Of a stretch of DNA of 64,000 nucleotides, positions 36,498-45,328 are shown piece by piece. The translations under genes were made by a program, and so were the position numbers. The notes beneath the pieces are model-generated. The model had not been told where the DNA came from, made no database searches, and saw nothing but the letters and a program-made list of their open reading frames with translations. Source of the stretch: Collinsella sp. Lineage in GTDB: Bacteria > Actinomycetota > Coriobacteriia > Coriobacteriales > Coriobacteriaceae. The stretch spans positions 14,662-78,661 of the forward strand of contig DBFEIO010000026.1 in the NCBI GenBank assembly GCA_048330275.1. Direction: 5' to 3'. Positions within the stretch are counted from its first letter, which is position 1; each line of letters begins with the position of its first letter.

Positions 36498-36528
36498 AAG
36501 CACCCGCCCTGCCGGGGCTCCCGGGTTC
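36498..36528. repeat. Inverted 31-bp partial copy of the same repeat, abutting the gatB stop codon
   Basis: aagcacccgccctgccggggctcccgggttc is the exact reverse complement of 36388-36418. Confidence 0.85.
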
Positions 36529-36532
36529 CCGC

Positions 36533-38209
36533 TTACGAGAGCGACGTTCTCAGCAACTCGTTGAAGAGCTTCGGGTTGCCCTTGCCGCGGCTCGCCTTCA
36601 TGCACTGGCCCACCAAAAAGCCGATGACCTTCTGGTTGCCGTCACGATACTGCTGCGCCTGATCGGCACAGTTAGCCAGTACCTCGTCCACGATCGGCTG
36701 CAGTGCGCCGGCATCGCTCACCTGACGCATACCGCGCTCGTCGACGATCTTGTTGGGGTCGTCGCCGGTCTGGGCCATGGCCTCAAAGACCTCGTGCGCC
36801 TGATTGGAGCTGATGGCATCGGTCGCCAGCAGCTTGGCAAGGGCTGCCACCTGAGCCGGCGCGATGCCGGACTCGACCAGCGACACGCCCGCGCCCTTAA
36901 GGTAGGCGATCATCTCGTTCACCAGCAAGTTTGCGACCGTCTGGGCCTCCTTGCCGGCCATACCGGCAGCGGCAGCCTCAAAGAAGTCGGCAAACTCGGG
37001 GTCGCCGGCAATCTGCTCGGCATCGGCCGCCTTAATGCCAAAGTCGGCCTCAAAACGAGCGCGCTTGGCATCGGGCAGCTCGGGAATCTCGCCACGGCAG
37101 CGGTCGATGAACTCGTCGTCCAGATCGAACGGCGCCAGGTCGGGATCGGGGAACAGACGATAGTCGTCTGCCGTTTCCTTCACACGCATGACCACGGTGC
37201 GCTTGCGGCTGGGCTCCCAGTGGCGGGTCTCCTGATAGATGATGCCGCCCTCCTCAAGCACCTCGGCCTGACGGCAGATCTCGTAGGCAAGGCCGTCGTG
37301 CAGGCTCTTAAACGAGTTGAGGTTCTTGAGCTCGGTCTTGGTGCCCAGCTTGGTCTCGCCGCGGCGGCGCAGCGACACGTTGCCGTCGCAGCGCATGGAG
37401 CCCTTCTCCATGGAGCAATCGGAAATGCCCAGCGTCACAAAGATGCGACGAAGCTTTTCCATAAACAGACGCGCTTCCTCGGGCGTACGCAAGTCGGGCT
37501 CAGTCACGAGCTCAATCAAAGGTGTGCCGCAGCGGTTGTAGTCGACGAGCGACTCGGCCGCGGCGGTAATGCGGCCCTCGGCGCCGCCCACGTGGACCAT
37601 CTTGGCGGCGTCCTCCTCCATATGGATGCGCAGGATGCGGATGGGCACCGTGTATGAACCGTCCTCGCGGCGCTCGGGCATCTGCAGGTTGGACGCATCG
37701 TAGCTGGCCAGGTGACCGGCGCGCTGGTTACCCTCGCGCATGGTCGACGTCATGGACGTGGACAGGACCTCGGCGTTGGCCGAGGCGCTCGCCAAGCTCT
37801 GGGCCTCGGCCTCGCCAAACGCGCAGTCGGGGCGCTCGGCGGCACCGCGACCGGTCACGTCCAGATCCAGGTGACCGTACATGGCAAAGGCGACCGGACC
37901 CTGCGTGGTCTGGAAGTTCTTGGCCATATCGGGATAGAAGTAGTGCTTGCGGTAGAGCATCGAGTGGCGCTGGATCTCGCAGTTGGTGGCCAGACCGGCC
38001 TTGACGATGCTCTCGATGGCGCGCTTGTTGGGCACCGGCAGGGCGCCGGGCAGGCCCAGGCACACCGGGCACACGTTGGCGTTGGGCTCGTCATCGTGGC
38101 TGAGCTTGCAGTTGCAGAACATCTTGGTATCGAGTGCGGTGAGCTCGGTATGGATCTCCAGGCCGATCACGGCCTCCCAATCCTGCAGGACCTCGGAAAG
38201 CTCCTTCAT
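36533..38209 (-). CDS. gatB: Asp/Glu-tRNA amidotransferase subunit B
   Basis: GLEIHTEL, CPVCLGLPGALP and RIHMEEDAAK motifs. The C-terminal YqeY-like tail is present. Carries a ~68-aa insertion. Confidence 0.95.
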   Translation of the reverse strand: MKELSEVLQDWEAVIGLEIHTELTALDTKMFCNCKLSHDDEPNANVCPVCLGLPGALPVPNKRAIESIVKAGLATNCEIQRHSMLYRKHYFYPDMAKNFQTTQGPVAFAMYGHLDLDVTGRGAAERPDCAFGEAEAQSLASASANAEVLSTSMTSTMREGNQRAGHLASYDASNLQMPERREDGSYTVPIRILRIHMEEDAAKMVHVGGAEGRITAAAESLVDYNRCGTPLIELVTEPDLRTPEEARLFMEKLRRIFVTLGISDCSMEKGSMRCDGNVSLRRRGETKLGTKTELKNLNSFKSLHDGLAYEICRQAEVLEEGGIIYQETRHWEPSRKRTVVMRVKETADDYRLFPDPDLAPFDLDDEFIDRCRGEIPELPDAKRARFEADFGIKAADAEQIAGDPEFADFFEAAAAGMAGKEAQTVANLLVNEMIAYLKGAGVSLVESGIAPAQVAALAKLLATDAISSNQAHEVFEAMAQTGDDPNKIVDERGMRQVSDAGALQPIVDEVLANCADQAQQYRDGNQKVIGFLVGQCMKASRGKGNPKLFNELLRTSLS

Positions 38210-39723
38210 TACAGCTCGCCTCCCTTCCCGGCAAAATCGGGCGCGACGGAAAGCGCGGGCGCACCCGTGGCGGCATCGGCAAAGCCGCGCTCCAGGGCGC
38301 GGGCAAACGTGAGCAGCTGACGGTCCTTAAAGGCCGGACCCACCAGCTGGGCAGAAACGGGCAGCTGAGTATCCTCGCCCAGGCCCAGCGGCACCGAGAT
38401 ACCGCCGTTGCCGCAGATGTTGAGCGAAATGGTGTACAGATCGGAGAGGTACATCTGCGTGGGGTCGCTGATCTCGCCAAACTTAAAGGCCGTGCGCGGC
38501 GAGGCAGGCATGAGGATGGTGTCCACCTTGGCATATGCGGCGTCGTAGTCCTGCGTGATGAGCGTGCGGGCCTTTTGCGCGGCGTAGTAATACTTGTCGT
38601 ACACGCCCGAGCTCAGCAGGTAGGCGCCGAGCATCTGACGTCGCTTGGCCTCGGCACCAAAGCCGTGGGCGCGCGAAAGCGAGCTCTGGTCGGACAGGTT
38701 GGCGCAGCCCTCCTCCTGATAGCCGTAGCGAATGCCGTCGAAGCGGGCCAGGTTGGAGAACGCCTCGGCCGGGCCGATGACGTAGTAGGCGGCGATAGCG
38801 GCGTCCAGGTGCGGCAGGTCGACCTCGACCAGCTCGGCGCCCTGGTTCTGCAGCTCCTGGGCGGCGCGCTGAACAGCGGCCTTGACCTCGGGGGTCAGGC
38901 CCTCGGCCTCCATAAACGCGGGGATGATGCCCACGCGCTTGCCCTCGATGCTGTCGTTGAGATGCTCGGTAAAGTCGACGGCGCAATCCTGGCTGGTGCA
39001 GTCGTACGGATCGTGGCCCGCGCCGGTAAGCGCGTTCATGGCCAGCGCGACATCCTCGACCGTGCGGCCAAAGGGACCCACCTGGTCGAGCGACGAGCCA
39101 AAGGCGACCACGCCGTAACGGCTCACGGCGCCATACGTGGGCTTAAAGCCCACCACGCCGCACAGCGACGCCGGCTGGCGAATGGAGCCGCCGGTGTCCG
39201 AGCCCAGCGAGAGCGCGACCTCGCCCGCGGCGACGGCGGCAGCGGAGCCGCCCGAGGAGCCGCCAGGCACGCGCTCGGTATCCCAGGGGTTGTTGGTGCG
39301 GTGGAACGCCGAGCTCTCGGTGGAGCTGCCAAAGGCAAACTCGTCCATGTTGGCCTTGCCCATGGGCAGGCAGCCGGCATCGAGCATGCGCTGGACGCAG
39401 GTGGCGGTGTAGACGCTCTGGTAGTCCCCGAGCATGCGGGAGGCGCAGGTGGTGCGCGTGCCCACGAGGTTCATGTTGTCCTTAATGGCCAGCGGCACGC
39501 CCGCGAGCGGGGGCAACGGCTTGCCTGCGGCACGGTCGGCATCCACGCGCGCAGCGGCCTCGAGCGCAAGCTCGGGCGCCACCTGCAGGAATGCCTGGAC
39601 CCCGCCCTCGCGCGCCGCGATGGCGGCAAGGGAGGCCTGGGCCACCTCGGTAGCGGTAAAGTCGCCGGCGGCAACGCCCGCGGCGATCTGGGCGGCGGTA
39701 AGGGAATCGAAGCTTAGCGCCAT
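38209..39723 (-). CDS. gatA: Glutamyl-tRNA(Gln) amidotransferase subunit A
   Basis: Amidase signature GGSSGGSAAAVAAGE...GSDTGGSIRQPA. TAATG coupling with both neighbours. Confidence 0.95.
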   Translation of the reverse strand: MALSFDSLTAAQIAAGVAAGDFTATEVAQASLAAIAAREGGVQAFLQVAPELALEAAARVDADRAAGKPLPPLAGVPLAIKDNMNLVGTRTTCASRMLGDYQSVYTATCVQRMLDAGCLPMGKANMDEFAFGSSTESSAFHRTNNPWDTERVPGGSSGGSAAAVAAGEVALSLGSDTGGSIRQPASLCGVVGFKPTYGAVSRYGVVAFGSSLDQVGPFGRTVEDVALAMNALTGAGHDPYDCTSQDCAVDFTEHLNDSIEGKRVGIIPAFMEAEGLTPEVKAAVQRAAQELQNQGAELVEVDLPHLDAAIAAYYVIGPAEAFSNLARFDGIRYGYQEEGCANLSDQSSLSRAHGFGAEAKRRQMLGAYLLSSGVYDKYYYAAQKARTLITQDYDAAYAKVDTILMPASPRTAFKFGEISDPTQMYLSDLYTISLNICGNGGISVPLGLGEDTQLPVSAQLVGPAFKDRQLLTFARALERGFADAATGAPALSVAPDFAGKGGEL

Positions 39724-40034
39724 TACTCGCTCTCCCCCTCTCCCAAAATGGACGGCACGCGGAAGTAGCGGTCGCGCGCGCTGCCAGCGTTTTCGAGCGC
39801 AACATCGAGCGGCAGGTCGCGCTCGGGCTCGCGCAGGTCATCGCCCATCACGTTGGACAGACTTCCGATGGGATGGAACGTGGGCTCCACGTCGGGCAAG
39901 TCATATTGCAAGACGGGCTCGAGCATCTGGACGGCGTCGTTCAGGTAAGACGTCATCTGGGTGAGCTCGTCATCGGTCAGTGCGATCTTTGCGTACTCGG
40001 CGATGCCGCGCACGTCTTTCTCGCTGAGTGCCAT
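39723..40034 (-). CDS. gatC: Amidotransferase subunit C
   Basis: MALSEKDVRGIAEYAKIALTDDE. GGAAGGGAG RBS. Confidence 0.85.
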   Translation of the reverse strand: MALSEKDVRGIAEYAKIALTDDELTQMTSYLNDAVQMLEPVLQYDLPDVEPTFHPIGSLSNVMGDDLREPERDLPLDVALENAGSARDRYFRVPSILGEGESE

Positions 40035-40113
40035 AGGCGCTCCCTTCCGCATAACAGATAAACCGCTCTAGTATACAAGGCAACGCCACTTGGAGCAGGC
40101 GCTTTACCTAAAT

Positions 40114-40240
40114 GCAGCGAAAACGTAACGAGAGCGGCGGTTGGCAGGCGGCGGGCTGGCGGTTCTGCAGCGAAACCGCACCGTCCGTAGCGAAAACCGT
40201 ACTGCCCGCAACGAAAACCGCGCCGCCCACAGCGATAACC
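40114..40240. repeat. Degenerate ~21-bp tandem repeats (AGCGAAAACCG-N10) upstream of gatC
   Basis: Units read: gcagcgaaaacgt..., gcagcgaaaccgcaccgtccgt, agcgaaaaccgtactgcccgca, acgaaaaccgcgccgcccac, agcgataacc. Confidence 0.6.
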
Positions 40241-40297
40241 ATCACAACATTCGACGCTTTTCGCCAAAATCGAGATTTCCATCGAATGTTGTGATGG
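40239..40297. repeat. 59-bp palindromic intergenic element, copy 1
   Basis: CCATCACAACATTCGA-N27-TCGAATGTTGTGATGG. Confidence 0.85.
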
Positions 40298-40311
40298 TTT
40301 GGAAGTCCCGA

Positions 40312-40344
40312 CCACCACAAAGGTGCCTGCCCCCTTTGTGGTGG
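40312..40344. repeat. CCACCACAAAGG hairpin, copy 1
   Basis: ccaccacaaagg-tgcctgccc-cctttgtggtgg. Confidence 0.8.
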
Positions 40345-40358
40345 TTCTGGAGAATGTC

Positions 40359-41297
40359 TTATGCCGAGGCCTTGGCCTTGCGGCGCTTGCGGACCGCGTG
40401 GATCACGATATCCAGCAGCAACAGCACAATGGCTATGACCACGATAAGCACGGCAAACTCGCGCTTGCCCCAGTGGCGGCCGGCCAGCGACTTTTGCTTG
40501 TCGACGTCCTTCTTGTTGTACTTGGTGCGCACGCAATGCACCAGCAGGCGATGGTCGTTCACGCCGTAGGGCGTGCAGGTGACGAGCGTCACCTTGTCGG
40601 CGCCGGGCTCGATGGTTAGCGACTCCATCTCCTCGGGCAGTACCACCTCGGAATCCACCATCTTGTAGGCGAGCGTCTTGTTCATGGTGTGCAGCAGCAC
40701 CAGGTCGCCGGGCTTCAGCGAATGGATGTCGTCGAACATGCTCAGGTTACGCATGCCCGAGTGCGCGGTGAGCACGCAATGCGTCGAGGTGCCGCCCACC
40801 GGCAGGCTCGTGCCTTCCAGGTGGCCGACGCCGGCCATAAGGACTTCTTCGCTCGTGCCGTGGTAGATGGGCATGCTCACGTCGATGGAAGGAATCTCGA
40901 CCCAGCTCATCATGGGGTCGCGGTCAAAGATGAGCTGCTGGGCGTAGGGCTCAATCTGGTCGGCGGGGAGCTCGGTGGCCTCGCCTGCCAGCTGCTCGTT
41001 AAAGGAGCGCGCCTGGAGCAGGATGAGCTCGCGCTCCTCGGCAGACAGCGCGTCCACGGTGCTGGACACCGTGCTGATCTGGTTGAACACGCCCGAGGCC
41101 TCGAGCCGGTCCAAGATCCACGGCCAGGTCATAAGGCCCACGCCAATAAGGATGATGACGATAGTGATGAGCCGGTCGGCCCAGCGCGGCAGCCGCTTGC
41201 GGCGGCGCTTGGGCTTTGGTTGAGGTTTGGGCTGAGGGCTTGAGCCACCGTTGTCCGCGGCGTTATTGCCCTTCATATGTTTGGCGCCCTGCACCAT
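40359..41297 (-). CDS. Class C (pilus-assembly) sortase
   Basis: VLTAHSG and TLVTCTPYGVNDHRLLV (TLxTC) motifs. N-terminal and C-terminal membrane anchors. Lies adjacent to pilin genes. Confidence 0.9.
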   Translation of the reverse strand: MVQGAKHMKGNNAADNGGSSPQPKPQPKPKRRRKRLPRWADRLITIVIILIGVGLMTWPWILDRLEASGVFNQISTVSSTVDALSAEERELILLQARSFNEQLAGEATELPADQIEPYAQQLIFDRDPMMSWVEIPSIDVSMPIYHGTSEEVLMAGVGHLEGTSLPVGGTSTHCVLTAHSGMRNLSMFDDIHSLKPGDLVLLHTMNKTLAYKMVDSEVVLPEEMESLTIEPGADKVTLVTCTPYGVNDHRLLVHCVRTKYNKKDVDKQKSLAGRHWGKREFAVLIVVIAIVLLLLDIVIHAVRKRRKAKASA

Positions 41298-41709
41298 CAC
41301 CGGTCACTCCTCTACAACTCAAGTTGTCTAAACAAATAATAGCCGATTAGCGAGCTTCCGCACCGGACAACGCAGTCTGGCAGCATTGCGCAGCGCGAGT
41401 TGGGCGCGAGTTGGGTCAGCATTTGGGTTTTCAAAATGTCCCGGATCGGCGGAGCGATTCGGGATACAATGTCTGTAGGAAACGACGCACCCCGCGTAAG
41501 TGATCGAAAGCGCGGGCGACCAGTTTCCGGTGTTGTTAAATGCCCGGGCCTCTAACCCCGGGCATTCTTATTTGCGCTTGCGGCGCAACTGCCTTCTACC
41601 GTCCGCACCGCGCGTGCGCCTACGGACCTTAAACCGAACCTCATACGAGTCAAGAAACGCGATGACGAGCGTGCCCGCATCGGACGATGGAGGCTGACTG
41701 CGTTATCCC

Positions 41710-41747
41710 AAAAAGAACGGGGCAGACTCCAGTGCGGAATCTGCCCC
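41710..41747 (-). terminator. Rho-independent terminator after the major pilin gene
   Basis: Minus strand: ggggcaga-N13-tctgcccc followed by GTTCTTTTT. Confidence 0.6.
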
Positions 41748-41848
41748 GAAAAGAGAATGGCAAAGCAAGAACGTCGATGGACGAGAAAAGTGTCCGCAAG
41801 TCTCATGGCCATCACATCCCACCCGCCAAAGGAATGGATGAGCGAGCG

Positions 41849-43549
41849 TTACTCCTGCTCGGACTCCTCGGCCTGCTTACGGCTGCGGATGAGGTGCGCC
41901 ACGCCGATGCACAGCACCGCGCCACCAGCGATCCAAGTGAAGGTCACGCCGTTGAGACCGGTCAGCGGGAGGCCAACCTGCTTGGTATCGCCAACGGTGA
42001 TGTTGAAGATGCCGTCCTCGTCCTTTACGGAGCCAGGCTTCGCCGTCAGATTGTTATCGCCGGCATTCTCATCGGTGATACCGGCAATGACCTTGCCGCC
42101 CTGGTCAGTCGTAAGTACGCCCTTGAGCTCAGTAAGACCAGCACCCGGATCATCGGCATTCATGCTCGGCTTGATCTCGAAGGTGAAGGGGTCGACCTTA
42201 GCGTAACCAGAGGGGGCAGAAACCTCCGTGACGGTATAGGTGCCGGCGTCGAGTCCGGTGACCTTGATGACACCGCCGTTGGCAGTCACGAATTTCCAGG
42301 GATCAGAACCAAGAGAACCATCCTTCTGGACATACAAACTCTTGGATGCGTCGTCGTCCGCTCCAGTGGCCTGAATGGTGAACTCGGCACCGTCGAGGGC
42401 TGCCTCGGTACCCAGGTCAACCTTGTTGATCTTGAGGCCGTAGGTGTAATCCTTGACCGTGTCAGGCTGGGTCTCGCCGCGCGTGCTGGTCATGGGGTTA
42501 TTGGAGTAGTTGAGCGTCACGGTGTTCTCGTTACCCTCGGTGCCCGCGACGACCGCATCCTTGTTGATTTGCGCCTTATAGGAGACGACGATGTAGGAGT
42601 CCTTAGTGACGTCACCGACCGTCTTCAGGTTATCGCAGGTCCACGTCGTCGTCTTGCTGCCGTCTTCGGCAGCCTCGGCGGGCGTTTCCTCCTTGAAATT
42701 CGCAGTGATATCCGTGCCCTTCGCGCGGGCGAGATCGCCCTTCGCGTCAGTCCTGTTCTCATACAGGTAGACCTTAGCGCCCTTCTGCAGCGTCAGGCCC
42801 TTGGAAATCTTGTCGGAGAACTGATAGAAATACGTGTCGTACTTGTCGAAGTTCTCTGCGACGGTGCCGTAAAGGTTGTACGTCACGTCCTGGCCGATCT
42901 GGGAGTCAGCTGCGTCGTGCTCCTTGCTGTCGGCATCGCTCACGATTTTCTTCTCAACGGTAGGGATGCCCGTTTTCTCGTTGACGTTAACGGGCGTGCT
43001 TCCCACGACAGTGAAGATGGGAGACGTGCCCGCCTCGCCGTCTCCGATGGTGCCGGCATCGGTCACAAAGAGCCAGTAACCGTGCTCTAGACCGGAGGCA
43101 ACACCAGCACTCGTTGTCTTTTTGTCAGTAAGATCGTCCACAGCAGCGGCAATCTTATAAGCAATGTGATTAGAGTCAACACGGGTTGTCTTATCGGTCC
43201 CTGTCACATTGGACGTTATCCAGTCTGCAGCATCCTGAGCGGTTGTGCCGCTGTAACCGTTATCCTTAATGACATTCTCGACAGCCGTCTTCACATCATC
43301 GTTTGCCCAGGTGATATTACTCACAACCGTCTTACCTTCGACTGTCGCAACATCAGCCTTAAAAATCTGATAGCCATCGAATTCGGTATGGTTGCCCTCA
43401 ACGTTCGCAATGGTCACCGAGCCATTGGCCGTTGCAGCCGCATCCTCAGCAAACGCCATCGTGACCGGGGCCATGACGCCGCCGAAGCTCAGCGCTGCTG
43501 TGAGGCCGGCGGTTACTGCCAGGCGTGCGATGTTCTTGCTCATGCTCAT
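41849..43549 (-). CDS. LPXTG-anchored pilin (probable backbone subunit)
   Basis: Signal peptide ...VTMAFA. E-box-like YTVTEVSAPSGY. LPLTG followed by a hydrophobic segment and a basic tail. Start chosen at the ATG after GGAGGA. Confidence 0.85.
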   Translation of the reverse strand: MSMSKNIARLAVTAGLTAALSFGGVMAPVTMAFAEDAAATANGSVTIANVEGNHTEFDGYQIFKADVATVEGKTVVSNITWANDDVKTAVENVIKDNGYSGTTAQDAADWITSNVTGTDKTTRVDSNHIAYKIAAAVDDLTDKKTTSAGVASGLEHGYWLFVTDAGTIGDGEAGTSPIFTVVGSTPVNVNEKTGIPTVEKKIVSDADSKEHDAADSQIGQDVTYNLYGTVAENFDKYDTYFYQFSDKISKGLTLQKGAKVYLYENRTDAKGDLARAKGTDITANFKEETPAEAAEDGSKTTTWTCDNLKTVGDVTKDSYIVVSYKAQINKDAVVAGTEGNENTVTLNYSNNPMTSTRGETQPDTVKDYTYGLKINKVDLGTEAALDGAEFTIQATGADDDASKSLYVQKDGSLGSDPWKFVTANGGVIKVTGLDAGTYTVTEVSAPSGYAKVDPFTFEIKPSMNADDPGAGLTELKGVLTTDQGGKVIAGITDENAGDNNLTAKPGSVKDEDGIFNITVGDTKQVGLPLTGLNGVTFTWIAGGAVLCIGVAHLIRSRKQAEESEQE

Positions 43550-43657
43550 CTTCTTTTCCTCCATTTTCCGGTTGTTTCTCATTCGATCGGTCATCATCTG
43601 TCTGTGTCTTAGCATCTACTTCGCTACGTCTCGCCCCGCTCTCTGTGGGGCTGCCAG

Positions 43658-45328
43658 CTACTCTTTATGGCTGCCACCTCCCCGCTTGACCAGGAGCGCG
43701 ACCACGATGAGCGCGGCTCCGGCGACCGCTGCGGCGGCCGCGGCGTACATTGCCATATCGCCAGTCGAGGGCATAAAGCCTCCGGTGGTAATGCTAGGGG
43801 GTGTGCCGGTGGGCGTGTTGATGAGCGACGCCTCCAGGCTGCCCGTCGACCCGTCCGCGCTGTCGGCGCGCAGGGGCGACTCGGCCGTGATGGTGAGTTT
43901 GGGCTTGGCGGCGGCCACCTGGTCGACGTCCAGGCCCTCGGCCTTGACCGTCACGGAGCGCGTGCCCTCAAAGGCGGTGTAGCCCTTGGGCGCCTTGAGC
44001 TCGCGGACCTCCAGCTTGCCCGAGTCCACGCCCGAGACGGTCACGCGGCCGTCCTCGCCCGTGGTGACGGTGGCCTTGCCCTCCGCATCCCACGTGCCGT
44101 CGGCCGCCAGCGTGCGGCCGCGGTCGTCGGTAATACTCAGGACCGCCCCGGCAAGCGGCTTGTCGCCGTCGCTGCCGCGCTTGGTGAGCGCGAGATCCCA
44201 GGTGTAGGCGCACGCATCGTCGCTCGGCGTGCGGGTGAAGCCCGCGTCGCCGGACTGATCGGCAAAGGGAGAGCGCGGGTAGCGCAGGTAGACCTCGTTG
44301 GGGTTGCCCTTCGCGATGCCGTGGTTGCATGCGCTGTTGAGCGGCGCGTTGTACACGGCGACCACGCGGGCGCCCGCGGTGAAGGCGTCGGTCCCGCCGA
44401 GCGCGGCGATGAGGTCGCCGGTGCGCACGGTGAAGGTCTTGCCGTCGGCCGCTACCTTGGTGGCGCACTGGGCCGTGATGTCGGTCCAGCCCTTCGCGGG
44501 CTCGGTGCCGGCGCGCCCATCCTTGCCGGTCTGGACGGCGTCGAAGCCACCGTCCGCGCCCGCCGCCACGTACACGCGCATGCTCGCGGCCACCTTGGAG
44601 GGGTCGAGCCCCGCGCCCATGGTGTCGACGAACTGCACCGTATAGGTGTCGTAGGCGGCAAGGCCCGCCGGGAGCGTGGCAGAGAGGCGCCAGTACAGGT
44701 CGTCGGTGACCGTCGCGTCGGCGGCCTTCTGCCAGGCGGCGGTGCTGTCCTCCAGCACGTGCTTAGCCACCTTGGGAGTGGCGGCCTTGGGCTTGACGGT
44801 GACGGCGCTGCCGCCCACCAGGGCCATGATCGGCGCGGTGCCGGCCTCGCCCTGGGCGATGGCGTCGTCGTCGGCAACGATGAGCCAGTAGCCGCAGGGC
44901 AGCTCAGCCGCCGTGCCCGCGTTAAGGGCCGCGAGCTCGGCGTCAGAGCCCTGGAGGGAACGAGCGAGCTGTGCGCTCAGCGCGCTCGTAAGGTGGGAAT
45001 CGGTGTTGAGCCACTCGGCAGCTTCCTGCGCGGTGGTCTGGGAATTGGGCATGCCGGCGCTGTGCAGCACAGGCAGCGCGGCGTCGCGCGCGGCGTCGCT
45101 TGCCCAGGTGAGGTCGGTGGCGATCTTGGCGTCGCTGTCGCCGTCGACGACGCTGGCGCTAAAGATCTGATAGGCGTCGTAGCTGCTCGCCACGGTGCCG
45201 CTCACCGTGATGGAACCGGTCGAGGTCGGCGCGGCCTGCGCGGATGCGGGGAACACAACCGCGCAGGTGCCGATCAGGAGGGCAAGCAGCGCAAACAAGA
45301 TTGGGAAGGAGCAAACTTTCTTATTCAC
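43658..45328 (-). CDS. Pilin subunit with a variant sorting signal (MPSTG)
   Basis: Signal peptide ...PASAQA. E-box-like LEVRELKAPKGY. FMPSTG followed by a transmembrane segment and KRGGGSHKE. The GTG start after GGGAGG overlaps the upstream stop by 8 nt. Confidence 0.8.
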   Translation of the reverse strand: MNKKVCSFPILFALLALLIGTCAVVFPASAQAAPTSTGSITVSGTVASSYDAYQIFSASVVDGDSDAKIATDLTWASDAARDAALPVLHSAGMPNSQTTAQEAAEWLNTDSHLTSALSAQLARSLQGSDAELAALNAGTAAELPCGYWLIVADDDAIAQGEAGTAPIMALVGGSAVTVKPKAATPKVAKHVLEDSTAAWQKAADATVTDDLYWRLSATLPAGLAAYDTYTVQFVDTMGAGLDPSKVAASMRVYVAAGADGGFDAVQTGKDGRAGTEPAKGWTDITAQCATKVAADGKTFTVRTGDLIAALGGTDAFTAGARVVAVYNAPLNSACNHGIAKGNPNEVYLRYPRSPFADQSGDAGFTRTPSDDACAYTWDLALTKRGSDGDKPLAGAVLSITDDRGRTLAADGTWDAEGKATVTTGEDGRVTVSGVDSGKLEVRELKAPKGYTAFEGTRSVTVKAEGLDVDQVAAAKPKLTITAESPLRADSADGSTGSLEASLINTPTGTPPSITTGGFMPSTGDMAMYAAAAAAVAGAALIVVALLVKRGGGSHKE

